A model generated the notes under the pieces. It did no database searches. It was not told where the DNA came from and saw only the letters and a program-made list of their open reading frames with translations. DNA of 64,000 nucleotides from Macrostomum lignano (taxonomy: Eukaryota): contig NIVC01001238.1 in NCBI GenBank assembly GCA_002269645.1, positions 267,443 to 331,442 of the forward strand, in the 5' to 3' direction. Each line of letters opens with the position of its first letter. The stretch's first letter is position 1. Below are positions 22,843-37,351 of the stretch, in pieces. The position numbers were made by a program, and so were the translations under genes.

Positions 22843-23085
22843 TATTTTCTTGGAAAATCCGTTAAGATTGATATTCTAAAATAAAAAAGCAGAAATTAGA
22901 GTTGGCCTGGAATCCGTTTTACGGGAAATATTTTCTTAGAAAGGTACATAAAAATTTCTTAGAAATAAGGCTATTTTCTTAGAAAATCCGTTAAGATTGA
23001 TATTTTAGAATAAAAAAACTGAAATTAGAGAGTTCGCCCGGAATCCGTTTTACGGGTAATGTTTTCTTAGAAAGGTACAATAAGT
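22843..23085. repeat. Tandem duplication of an AT-rich unit of about 130 bp
   Basis: tattttctt(g/a)gaaaatccgttaagattgatatt...ggaatccgttttacggg...ttagaaaggtaca occurs twice. Confidence 0.8.
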
Positions 23086-23794
23086 TTCTTGGAAATATAA
23101 TCCAGAGTTATACGCGTTTCTCGTAAAAATGAAATGAATTACGTCTTCATTCTTTGAATTAGTCTCTGAGGATATAAAGAATTAGTTTCTGTAACATGAC
23201 CCCCTGCTCCGTATAATTTAGGCATTTTCATTGCCCCGTGACCCCTAGATGGGGGGTCAAGCCCACGGGGGTCGCGAAGCGAAATCAATCGATAGGTCTG
23301 TCCCAGTCGGATCCCATATCCCCAGCAATATAAATCCCATCATCCATCTCAGTACCTTTTCGCATAGATTAATCCACAGGTCTCAAAGCGCCATTCTCAC
23401 GCCCTGGCCCGGTACTGGCGAATCAATGATGATGCGTCTTCTCAAATCCAGCTTCCTCAGCCAACTAAGTCAACTGTGTAATCAATCTCTGCGACCACAC
23501 TGACTCGACAGGTATCGCAGCCCTCCTCCCCCCAGATCTGCTCTCCCAGAGGATTATTATATCATCGATAACACACACTTGATCGCTGAGGAGAGGAGCT
23601 GTGGGCGGCGAGCAAACAGGCTAGCAGAGCCTCTGCTCAACTGAGAATCTGCTGGCACAGCCAAGGCTGTTTGGATTGGATGATAATCATTGTCTGGGGA
23701 GGTTCGATAATGCAAATAGAATCGCATTATTTAGCTTAATAAACATATGATTACCTAATTGTGGGGTCGGGATGGCAGTCATGTCTTACTCAGC

Positions 23795-24660
23795 GAAGGG
23801 AGGGGAAGGACAGGTGAAGGGAGGGGAAGGACAGGTGAAGGGAGGGGAAGGACAGGTGAGAGGAGGGGAAGGATAGGTGAGAGGAGGGGAAGGACAGGTG
23901 AGAGGAGGGGAAGGACAGGTGAGAGGAGGGGAAGGACAGGTGAGAGGAGTGGAAGGATAGGTAAAGGAGGGGAAGGACAGGTGAGAGGAGGGGAAGGACA
24001 GGTGAGAGGAGGGGAAGGACAGGTGAGAGGAGGGGAAGGACAGGTGAGAGGAGGGGAAGGACAGGTGAGAGGAGGGGAAGGACAGGTGAGAGGAGGGGAA
24101 GGACAGGTGAGAGGAGTGGAAGGATAGGTGAAGGGAGGGGAAGGACAGGTGAAGGGAGGGGAAGGACAGGTGAAGGGAGGGGAAGGACAGGTGAGAGGAG
24201 GGGAAGGACAGGTGAAGGGAGGGGAAGGACAGGTGAAGGGAGGGGAAGGACAGGTGAGAGGAGGGGAAGGACAGGTGAGAGGAGGGGAAGGACAGGTGAA
24301 GGGAGGGGAAGGACAGGTGAAGGGAGGGGAAGGACAGGTGAAGGGAGGGGAAGGACAGGTGAGAGGAGGGGAAGGACAGGTGAGAGGAGGGGAAGGACAG
24401 GTGAGAGGAGGGGAAGGACAGGTAAAAGGAGTGGAAGGACAGGTGAGAGGAGGGGAAGGACAGGTGAGAGAAGGGGAAGGACAGGTGAGAGAAGGGGAAG
24501 GACAGGTGAGAGGAGGGGAAGGACAGGTGAGAGAAGGGGAAGGACAGGTGAGAGGAGGGAAGGACAGGTGAGAGAAGGGGAAGGACAGGTGAGAGGAGGG
24601 GAAGGACAGGTGAGAGGAGGGGAAGGACAGGGGAAAGAAGAAGAAATACAGGTGAAGGGA
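23795..24660. repeat. 21 bp purine-rich minisatellite GAGGAGGGGAAGGACAGGTGA
   Basis: About 40 tandem copies. Confidence 0.93.
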
Positions 24661-26209
24661 GACGGGTGCACATGAGAAAAGACAGGTGATGGGAGACGGG
24701 TGCAGATGATAAAAGAGCAGTTTTTGTGTTTAATCTTACCATGCTTCAACGTTACACCCGTCTTCAACATGCAGAAATTAGTCTCAGTTTCACTGACACA
24801 CGACGCATTGCCTCATCAGCCTCGCTGAGCCATGGGGTGTCCAGCCAGTGCAGCCGCGCTCCTATTGGCTGGGCCTCCCAGCCAATGGGAATCGTCCTCA
24901 GCAGATCCAGTCTAGCATGGCAAGAGAGCAGACAATTTAAGGCGGGAACATCGGCAATTCGGGCCGCGAACTCCGCACGAGGGTCATCAAAAGACTGAAA
25001 CGGGTTTCGAAGGCCCACAGCAATCTGGCGAACACGGCTGCAACAATCGAGTTAGCTGCTTCAAAACAGTGAGTTGCTTCTGCTTTTGCTCCGGGCAGGT
25101 GGTGGGGAAACGAGGTCAGAATTTTGCTCATCCTCAGAGCGGCAAATCCTCGGGCCTGCAGTTCAGGAGAGAAGGGGAAATCTTATCAGCTTTGCCTCCC
25201 GACCCGGCCCGCGAATCCCTTTGGCTTTTTGGCCTTTTTGCTACAACTCAACTCGCCTGGCTTGAGCAATGCAGGCTGAGCTCAAAGCAGCTCCAGTGGC
25301 TTAATTATCCCCTTGTAGGCTTTCGAACTTTCGATTAAAACCTCTCTGTGTGTGTATCGAAATTAGCCAGGTAACTAACTCGCTTGAGTCAAACACGGGA
25401 ACAGAGCAGGCAGTTTTTTGGCTAATCAGATCTTGATAGAGTCGGTCCTGTGTGCGTCACCGGCAGCTCCTCTGCTTCTGGAGAGCCCCAATGTTTGCCC
25501 CCGGCGGCCATAGCGGGTCTTGGAACTGCCGCTGTTTGGCCTGAGCAAATTCTTTCACTGCATCCTCATTTCTAAATCGGGGAATAGAAATTGCCAAATT
25601 TACCGCCCAGATTCCTTCCTGCACTCCCCCAAGACTGGATGGAGAGTTCCGTTGAAAAATCTCGGCCGGTTTCTTAATTTAGTGGAGTCTGCTGCTCACC
25701 TGGCTGAGAGGGGTGGGGGTTGGCCCATAGAGGGCGGGGGTCGCCGGGGTCTCCTCTTCAGCGCCCTCTTCGCCCTCGAGAGCCTCAAGTCCCGGTGCCT
25801 CTCCTATTTATACTCCCGCAGCGGGCTGGGGAATCAAGTGGAAGCCTCGCCGTCCTCCACAGCCCCACACGATTGCATCATCGGGGAAGCGCTTGAGCAA
25901 TATTGTTCGGGATCAAAATCCCATTTTTCAGTTTGAGAAAGATTTTTGAGAAAATAGAGGCGTGGCGAGAATTGAGCTTTAGGAAATTGGTGGGGGATTT
26001 TACCCTCTGACACAGCTGCACACAGAACCTGCTCCGCTCCGCTGCTCTTCTGGGACTGGCTCTGGTCAGATCCCGATTGGGGTTCGGTGGATTGATGGCT
26101 GAGGGATGCTAAGAGAGAATAGAAGAGAAGGATGCTGAGAGGCTGAAGATGGAGATGACAAGATAGCAATTGAAATAGAGGGGAACAAAGAAGAGTTGAA
26201 GATGAGGAG

Positions 26210-26830
26210 GGTGAGACAGAGAGGGTGAGACAGAGAGGGTAAGACAGAGAGGGTAAGACAGTGAGGGTAAGACAGAGAGGGTAAGACAGAGAGGGTAAGA
26301 CAGTGAGGGTAAGACAGGGGGTAAGACAGAGAGTATGAGACAGGGAGGGTAAGACAGGGGGGGTGAGACAGGGAGGGTGAGACAGGGAGGGTGAGACAGG
26401 GAGGGTGAGACAGGGAGGGTGAGACAGGGAGGGTGAGACAGAGTGTGAGACAGAGAGAGTGAGAAAGCGAGGATAAGACAGAGAGGGCGAGACAGAGAGG
26501 GTAAGACAGAGAGGGTAAGACAGAGAGGGTAAGACAGAGAGGGTAAGACAGAGAGGGTAAGACAGTGAGGGTAAGACAGGGGGTAAGACAGAGAGTATGA
26601 GACAGGGAGGGTAAGACAGGGAGGGTGAGACAGGGAGGGTGAGACAGGGAGGGTGAGACAGGGAGGGTGAGACAGGGAGGGTGAGACAGGGAGGGTGAGA
26701 CAGGGAGGGTGAGACAGGGAGGGTGAGACAGGGAGGGTGAGACAGGGAGGGTGAGACAGGGAGGGTGAGACAGGGAGGGTGAGACAGGGAGGGTGAGACA
26801 GGGAGAATGAGACAGGGAGGGTGAGACAGA
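26210..26830. repeat. 14 bp minisatellite GAGACAGGGAGGGT / AAGACAGAGAGGGT
   Basis: Tandem copies. Confidence 0.9.
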
Positions 26831-27469
26831 GGGTGAGATAAAGAAGGTGAGACAGATGAAACGACAAGCTAAAAGCTGAAACGCAGAGGCTAGAAATCAA
26901 AGTACAGAGGATTCTGCAGAGGTGCATGGCAACCGTGCAGCACGCAGGCTCCACAGTGGCACTCCAGCTGTCGTACTTGAACAGCTGTTGAAGACCTCAA
27001 CTCAACTGCTCATATTTCTGATATTTGTTTTCATTAATCCCACTGGAACCTGCCACCCACTGGGATCTCAGTGGCACCCGGCCTGTCAGCCAAGCAGAAA
27101 TCAATATTGAAAACGGCCGGGAGCTCCCAGTTGTAATCACGGTAAAGTATTTTCATATATAAGCCCCCCCCCCTGATCTGTTTTGCATTTCTCTGCCAGC
27201 AGATTCTTCTTTTGTGTGTTTCACTGGGGCTTGTTTGCTTTCTCTTTCTGGCTGTCTGGCTTGCTCTAGTTCGTTTGCTTTCGCAGTGTTCTTCTCTCTG
27301 CTTTCACATGTAACTGCCTCACATGGGTGCCTCTGAATGCCTCTGTATAGTGTCGCTTGTGCGTTCCTGTCTCTGCGCCTCCTTGAATGTAATTGAGTAG
27401 CTCTGTGGGCTTTTGTGTGCCTTCAGTGACTGCGTGTCTATGGGCTTCTGCGCGTGTCTATAGGTGTGG

Positions 27470-27870
27470 AGGTATTTATGAGTGTCTATGGGTGTCTATG
27501 GGTGTCTATGTGTGTCTGGAGGTATATATGAGTGTCTATGGGTGTCTATAGATGCCTATGGATGTCTATGAATGTCTATGGGTGTCTATGGGTGTCTATG
27601 CTAGTATATGTGTGTCTATGGGTGTCAATAGGTGTCTTGGATGTCTGTGGGTGTCTATGGTGTCTATGGGTGTCTATGGATGTCTATGGGTGTCTATGGA
27701 TGTCTATGGGTGTCTATGTGTGTCTGGAGGTATATATGAGTGTCTATGTGTGTCTGGAGGTATATATGAGTGTCTATGGGTGTCTATAGATGCCTATGGA
27801 TGTCTATGAATGTCTATGGGTGTCTCATAGGTGTCTTTGGGTGTCTGTAGGGTGTCTATAGGGTGTCTTT
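27470..27870. repeat. 10 bp minisatellite ATGGGTGTCT; a second block lies at about 28940-29085
   Basis: Tandem copies with variants. Confidence 0.88.
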
Positions 27871-30329
27871 TTGGCATTACTAACGCTGCAGAGACTTGAG
27901 GTTACGTACAGGGCCTTTCAATGCTTCAGACAGTCTCTGGCTGTCTCATATTCCCGAGGAGCCACTGCTCAGGGCTGTCTCAGTTACAGAGGCAGACAGA
28001 CCCGTTCAACTGTGAATTTCCCCAAACCAGCAGCAGGGAGCTCCTGTGCAAGGCAGACGAATTCAAAGATGCATCGCCCCGCCGCAAGCACCTGGCGAGG
28101 CCTATTCAATCCGAGTCCCCCACATGGGTGACGCAACAGGGAACAGGGACCCCGGCCGCACACAATAATCCCTTAACAGGGTCGTCCAGTCCCCCCGTTG
28201 GTCTAAATAATATCCCATTAATACTCTCCCCTCCCAGTCCTGCAGCTTGCTACAGTCGCAGCCCCCTACCAAAAATATTTTGTTGACGGACAGTCGTGAA
28301 GTGGCGCCCGATACACCTCTGCGCTTCCTTCACTGTCTTCTGCTCCCAGAAAGAGGATTTCTCACCGCTCCCCGACCCCACAGAATATCCGATTCCAACT
28401 TCTCCACTAAAATTGACCAAAAGCAATTAAAACACGGGAGCCTCAGCTTAATTTCTCCCTGCCACTCTCTCACCCTCCCTCTCACTCACTTTCGCACGCT
28501 ACTTTCTTTCTGAGTTCGCTTCTCCTAATGGCTTTTTAACTGTAATTCACATTCACAGCGCGGAGTGGAAACCCAATTTCGCTTTTCGTACGCAGCATTT
28601 GTAAGTTTTCTCAGTATTTCTGCTCCAGCCACTGTGAGCGCTCCCGTGATTGCAGCAAGTGGACAAGCAGGTGCCAGTTTACATCCCGCTGCCTGTTTTT
28701 TTGTCCTTTTGTCAGCACTAAGAGGACCCTCCTGCTCCACTGGAATCATATCAGCTACCCAGCTTCATGGCACTTCCGTATGAGCCTGATCGATAGGGCC
28801 GTCTTTCTCTCCCAGTTATGTCAATCTATCATTTGCGGCTCATCGGCCTGCGTGCCCTTTGCTACTTGAATTTGGAGGGGCCAATACCATAGATATAAAT
28901 AGAGCTTTGACTGGAAGGCGGTGCATGACTCATACGCAATGTCTGTGGGTGTCTTTCAGGGCCGCTGGATGTCTGTGGGTATCTTTCAGTGTCTATGGGT
29001 GTCTATGGGTGTCTATGGGTGTCTGTGGGTGTCTATGGGTGTCTATGGGTGTCTGTGGGTGTCTATAAGTGTCTATGGATGTTCATGAGTATCCTGTATT
29101 GGTTTCTTTTAAGCGTTTCTGTGTTTTGCCTTCTGGCACGCTGGTTCGCCTTGAGCCTGAAGGTACGTAAGGATCATTCGATGCTTCGGACAGTCTCTGG
29201 CTGTCTCATATGCCTGAGTAGCCACTGCTCAGCGCTGTCTCAGTTGTAGAAGCAGACAATCCAGAGATGCAACCCCCGCAAACACCTGGTGAGGCCATTT
29301 CAACCCTAGCTCCTGGCTACATGGGTGACGCAATGGGAACAGTGAATATGCGGAATTTCAATTTCTAAAATAATTAGCTGATAATTGTTTTGACTGGTGT
29401 GGCTAAAATTCCCATTTTTTATATTTTCGCGAAAATTCTAAATTTTTCTAAGAATTCGACATTGGCCCCGGGAGTGCGCGGGTTGCGCAACCTGAATTTA
29501 TTTTGAATGAAAACACCACCCGGCGTGGATTAAACACCCGCAATTAGCGGGGATCCTGGGCCGGGGCGCCCGTAGTTAAAGAATTCGATCCCAGAGAGGA
29601 ATTTTCACCTGTAAATCCCATCACTGCTTTGCAGTCCGGTTGCTGAGCGGGATAGAGCGCACATCATTAAGAGGAGCCGGGCCAGAAATCCCTGGCGATA
29701 AAAGAAAGCAAAAAGAAATCTGTGATAAGAAAAATCCAGGCAGTTGCAGATCCCCAGAAACTTCCTGAACAAATTCGTGACTAATTAATAATCATTACCT
29801 GCTGCATCAATTTCTACACTATTCCATAAATTCACCTCAAGCTGACTGACGTGCAAATCAGGTGCACTTTTACCGGGCTGTGTGACAGGTAAACCGGGTA
29901 CAGTCATTAGTCTGTGTGACAGGTAAACCGGGTACCGCTAGTATCAGTCTTGAGTCACAATTATAGGCACGAAGGCACAATTGATCGCACAAAGTCTGCT
30001 CACTGGGTAATTAGCGATAATTCTCAAAACTCTCGATGGCAGAAACAGGTAGCCTTCATTTCTCAAGGCCGCCACTCAGCTTCCAGCTTCTCCTCCTCCA
30101 TCGCTCTCAGATTTCCCATTCTATTTCCCTCTCAGCTTCCTGCGCCAACCCCGGGCATCAATGCCAGCCTTCTTCTGCTTTTGCATCCCTCCGGCTTTCC
30201 TTTCCAATCTCCGAATTGGCTCCGATTGCTGCTAGCTGGTGGGTTTTCCCGATAACTTCTTTTCCTGCGCTATCACCCACTGACTTGAGGACCCACAGCC
30301 ATTGAACTGCTGGAGGTGACCGAGACATA

Positions 30330-31632
<1,303 letters not shown>

Positions 31633-32734
31633 ACCCACTGTCATTCATCGGATAGCCCGCACCGGCTGACCACGGCAAGCCTCGGCTGCCCACCTGCCAG
31701 CCTGCCAGCTGTTTGCCCAACCGAGCAACTGGGCAAACAGTGGCCTCAAGCTTTCCCTCTCCCACCTCCCCCCTGATGTCTGCAGCCAGCAGGTGACTTC
31801 CTGACGCCGTGGTATTTTTTAACTCCCAAATCCCACAGCTCAAGACTGACCGACGGGACGCCTTACCCTGGAGCAGGCGGCGCTTAAACTGACTAATTTC
31901 AGTCATTATTCCAGCTAACAGGTGAGCATTGCTGTGGCTTATTGTAAGAGAGCTGAAATCATATTTGCTAATGATTGCTATTTGAGTAGGGACCAATTCT
32001 GTAAAGGTGTGTGTTTTCATAGCTCACAGTTTGCCATTTGGCAGCCCAGCAGTCACTTCCTGTTAGCAGAATTTCCTAGACATTCCTAAGTGGGAATTAA
32101 AAGCGACCCCGAGTTCTCATGGGATCAGCGCGAGTAGCCCAGGTGAAAAAGTGCAATAACTTTTCTCCTGTTCTCCTCCTCTCCGGACATCCCCAACGCG
32201 GTGAAGCGTCAAGGAAGCTGCACACATCTCCTCTAGAAGACGCTCCCAGGAGTCTAGCTTTCGTCTTCTCCTCATAGCCAGATCCGAGTCCCCAGCTTCA
32301 TCGGAGTCAGGAGGGAGCGGGGCCTCCGCCGCTGTCAAGTGCAGACCGGCACTCGGCTCTCTCCCGGTGTGTCCGAGCGGAATGCAAATGACTCCCGCAG
32401 CCCCTGCTCAGCTCTTTGAATCCTCAATAAGTCGTCAGAGTTCCCGAAACTCCTTCGCTCCCCCCTCGGGCCATGCGGATGAATGCCCGGGTACCCCATG
32501 GCAATGGGAGGCCCTCACTTTGGAATAAAACTCTCTATTCACTATAATCCCCATATCTCAGTGGCGATATGCCTGAAAAACTACTGGAGGCTTTGCCCCC
32601 CGGGAGGCGAAGCTCTCAATTCAGATGAAGGTATTTGATGGATTAAATATTCACACAGGAGTGGCTTAGAGACAAAAATGGGTGGCGCAGCCTCTTAGTC
32701 ATGCTTTTATGCGGTGGCATTAGCGCTGGAGATC

Positions 32735-34300
32735 GATCCGTTCCATCTATCTGCCGATCTATTGCATCCATCTGCCGATCTATTGCATCTATCTGCCAAT
32801 CTATTGCATCTATCTGCCGATCCATTGCATCTATCTGCCGATCTATTGCATCCATCTGCCGATCTATTGCATCTATCTGCCAATCTATTGCATCTATCTG
32901 CCTATCCATTGCATCTATCTGCCGATCTATTGCATCTATCTTCTGATCCATTGCATCCAACTTCCGATCTATTGCATCTATCTGCCGATATATTGCATCT
33001 ATCTGCCGATCCATTGCATCTATCTGCCGATCTATTGCATCTATCTGCCGATCTATTGCATCTATCTGTCGATCTATTGCATCTATCTGTCGATCTATTG
33101 CATCTATCTGCCGATCCATTGCATCTATCTGCCGATCTATTGCATCTATCTGCCGATCTATTGCATCTATCTGCCGATCTATTGCATCTATCTGCCGATC
33201 TATTGCATCTATCTTCTGATCCATTGCATCCAACTTCCGATCTATTGCATCTATCTGCCGATCCATTGCATCTATCTGCCGATCTATTGCATCTATCTGC
33301 CGATCTATTGCATCTATCTGCTGATCTATTGCATCTATCTTCTGATCCATTGCATCCAACTTCCGATCTATTGCATCTATCTGCCGATATATTGCATCTA
33401 TCTGCCGATCCATTGCATCTATCTGCCGATCTATTGCATCTATCTGCCAATCTATTGCATCTATCTGCCGATCTATTGCATCTATCTTCTGATCCATTGC
33501 ATCCAACTTCCGATCTATTGCATCTATCTGCCGATCCATTGCATCTATCTGCCGATCTATTGCATCTATCTGCCGATCTATTGCATCTATCTGCCGATCT
33601 ATTGCATCTATCTGTCGATCTATTGCATCTATCTGTCGATCTATTGCATCTATCTGCCGATCCATTGCATCTATCTGCCGATCTATTGCATCCATCTGCC
33701 GATCTATTGCATCTATCTGCCGATCTATTGCATCTATCTGCCGATCTATTGCATCTATCTTCTGATCCATTGCATCCAACTTCCGATCTATTGCATCTAT
33801 CTGCCGATCCATTGCATCTATCTGCCGATCTATTGCATCTATCTGCCGATCTATTGCATCTATCTGCTGATCTATTGCATCTATCTTCTGATCCATTGCA
33901 TCCAACTTCCGATCTATTGCATCTATCTGCCGATATATTGCATCTATCTGCCGATCCATTGCATCTATCTGCCGATCTATTGCATCTATCTGCCAATCTA
34001 TTGCATCTATCTGCCGATCTATTGCATCTATCTTCTGATCCATTGCATCCAACTTCCGATCTATTGCATCTATCTGCCGATATATTGCATCTATCTGCCG
34101 ATCTATTGCATCTATCTGCCAATCTATTGCATCTATCTGCCGATCTATTGCATCTATCTTCTGATCCATTGCATCCAACTTCCGATCTATTGCATCTATC
34201 TGCCGATATATTGCATCTATCTGCCGATCTATTGCATCTATCTGCCGATCTATTGCATCTATCTGCTGATCTATTGCATCTATCTGCCAATCGATTGCAC
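32735..34300. repeat. 21 bp minisatellite GATCTATTGCATCTATCTGCC with higher-order structure
   Basis: About 74 units. The ctgtcgatc variant pair recurs at a 546 bp spacing (26 x 21). Confidence 0.93.
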
Positions 34301-34769
34301 CAATCTAATCATGTTTTTCACATGATTCGAGCTCTGCAGCAAACTAATTTTAATTACAGAATGCAGAGGGCAGTCGTAGGTATGACTTTTAATTACAGAG
34401 CCAGGTGGGGCCTGCAGATCCAGAGCCACGCAGGCCAAATGCTAAACTCAGGGGGTCCTCATCTTTGGTGTCTACGCTGCCGTGCAAAAAGTCCACAAAA
34501 TTTTGTCTGTAATTACAGTGATTTGCGGCACAAAGCTAATAAAGAGACTTCGCCACCAACTTTGAAAATATATATTTAGCCTATTGTTACACACCAAATG
34601 GCCGGCAGTTCTGCCATCAATGTCACGAGAAGAGGCCTTGGAGCAGCTGGGTCTCTAATTAGGTGATAATTGGCCGGCTTAACCAGACAGGTGAAAATCT
34701 CCCGGGATGGGGTTGCTATCAAACAGACTAATAGGGATCTGAGGGGCTGAGCAAACAGCTGGAGAAGCC

Positions 34770-34985
<216 letters not shown>

Positions 34986-36042
34986 TGAGACAGTCAATAA
35001 CAGACATACAAAACACAAAAGACACGGAAGGGAGTTGCGCGAGCAGTCATCAAAGAGCCCCATAAGGATCCCTCTCTATTCGCAGAATAAGTCGCTGAAC
35101 AAACAGCCGTAAGAAGCCGGGCACAATGGCAGTCTTGGCCTCAGCCAGAACTAATCCCGGGAGCAAACCACACTCCCTAGATGAAGTTTCACTCGATCGC
35201 CAGTTTTCAATGCGGCGCGTATCCAAACGCGAGCGCGGATCCCTATTGCCTAATCTGCGGAGCAAATACCCAGCAGTCTAAATACCCCCCCCCAACCAGT
35301 CCCGCTGTTTGCTATCGCTGAGCCGGGGCCAGACCGCTCACATCTTGTCTTGCGCCTTTCCCTGCAGCTCGCTTCACTTCACACCCTCCGCGCGCGCGGG
35401 CACGCAGTTGACCCACACCGACTGCCGCCAAGGATCTGAGGCGTTGCCCCGGCTGCTGGGATCGATTAACAGGCAAGTTGCCGCCGCAGTCAGAATTCAC
35501 TGGCCACCGCTGCTGCATCTGACTCACACTGGAGGAGCAGAGGCCCCGCCTCTTAATAGCATTGCTCAGACTCTTTCAGACGCTCACAAAGGGGAAACAG
35601 AAAGAAACAGGAAGGCTGAAATGAGATAGAGAGAGAGGGAGAGAGAGAGAGAGAGCGAGACGTGTCATCTGGCGGTGGCAAACCTTTGCTTCCATTGAGC
35701 CTCTGTGTGCCAGCAAAGAGGCTGGGGCTCCGGCGTGATGAAGCTGATGAGGAGCGAGAGAAGGTAGCGCTTGCGGGAAGGGAAGTTTTTGGTGGCCACC
35801 CAATCTCCCAGCACGCACTGGCGATCGATGTCCGCCTAATCAGGTCGGCTTGTCCTATCGAATTAGGGGGGCCACCCACAGCTGCGCCCAGCCTCTCCGG
35901 CTCCTCATCTCTTCTTCATCTATGCTGCTCTTCATCGCTTTCTGGCAGTTTCTCTCTCGCACTATCGGTTCGACTCCACTGCCCACTGTGAGACCGCCGC
36001 GTGCCCGATGGAATGCACAACAGGCGGACCAAAACACTGGAA

Positions 36043-36782
36043 CAGGCTCTGAGACAGGCTCTGAGACAGGCTCTGAGACAGGCTCTGAGACAGGCTCTGA
36101 GACAGGCTCTGAGACAGGCTCTGAGACAGGCTCTGAGACAGGCTCTGAGACAGGCTCTGAGACAGGCTCTGAGACAGGCTCTGAGACAGGCTCTGAGACA
36201 GGCTCTGAGACAGGCTCTGAGACAGGCTCTGAGACAGGCTCTGAGACAGGCTCTGAGACAGGCTCTGAGACAGGCTCTGAGACAGGCTCTGAGACAGGCT
36301 CTGAGACAGGCTCTGAGACAGGCTCTGAGACAGACTTTGAGACAAACACCAGGACAGACACCAGGACAGACACTAGGACAGACACCAGGACAGACACTAG
36401 GACAGACACTAGGACAGACACTAGGACAGACACTAGGACAGACACTAGGACAGACACTAGGACAGACACTAGGACAGACACCAGGACAGGCACCAGGACA
36501 GACACTAGGACAGGCACTAGGACAGACACTAGGACAGACACTAGGACAGACACTAGGACAGACACTAGGACAGACACTAGGACAGACACTAGGACAGACA
36601 CCAGGACAGGCACCAGGACAGACACTAGGACAGGCACTAGGACAGACACTAGGACAGACACTAGGACAAACACCAGGACAGACACCAGGACAGACACCAG
36701 GACAGACACCAGGACAGACACCAGGACAGACACCAGGACAGACACCAGGACAGACACCAGGACAGACACCAGGACAGACACA
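36043..36782. repeat. Compound 12 bp minisatellite: (ACAGGCTCTGAG)n followed by (GACAGACAC(T/C)AG)n
   Basis: About 24 perfect copies of the first unit, then about 36 of the second. Confidence 0.93.
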
Positions 36783-37232
36783 GAGTCAGCCGGAAGCAAT
36801 CCAGTCAGTCAGAGCAGTACAGCTTCGCCCTGAGCACTCAAGAAGATTCGCTCTCCCAGAGCGAAGAAATCCCAGAGGAGGGAGAAACCAACCCGTGCGA
36901 TCCCCGTCCCACTTTTCCACTCCATTTGCATGCCGGGGGTGGCTGCTGCATCGTAGATTAAAAAAACTTTCCCAAATCCCGGATCCCAGATTTGCCTAGA
37001 ATTGTGGGCCCAGTCGGCTCATCGACCCGAGACAGGCCGACTCGGACTCCGCTCTGCTGCCCCTCTGCTCACACAGAATTTCTCCTTTGTTTCGGACTGA
37101 ATACTTTTATATAAAATCCAATTGATTCAATTGAATTGGATCAAACTGCCGAATTCATGAATCTGGCCAGAGGCCATTCCGGTGATCCCTGAGCACGCAC
37201 CCGGACACGCACGCAGGCACAAGCTCACACAG

Positions 37233-37317
37233 GCCTCACCTCGTCACGGAATCGAACGCAGGACGCTTGTAATTAGGCGCTAAAGTTAGACGCGTCAGCC
37301 ACTGAGCTGCTCAGACC
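37233..37317 (-). mobile_element. Degenerate tRNA-like head (SINE remnant or tRNA pseudogene)
   Basis: Minus strand reads ggtctgagc-AGCTCAGTGG-ctgacgcgtc...gc-GTTCGATTCC-gtgacgagg, with Pol III A and B boxes. No proper acceptor stem is evident. Confidence 0.55.
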
Positions 37318-37351
37318 TCAAATTCATTCAAGCCTACATACTCAAAATCTT

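Noticed and set aside
35850-36833. 327 aa ORF with a hydrophobic start and TGSE/TRTD repeats, resembling a mucin
   Set aside because: The body is entirely 12 bp arrays that are open in several frames, and the signal peptide is weak. It would need expression data.
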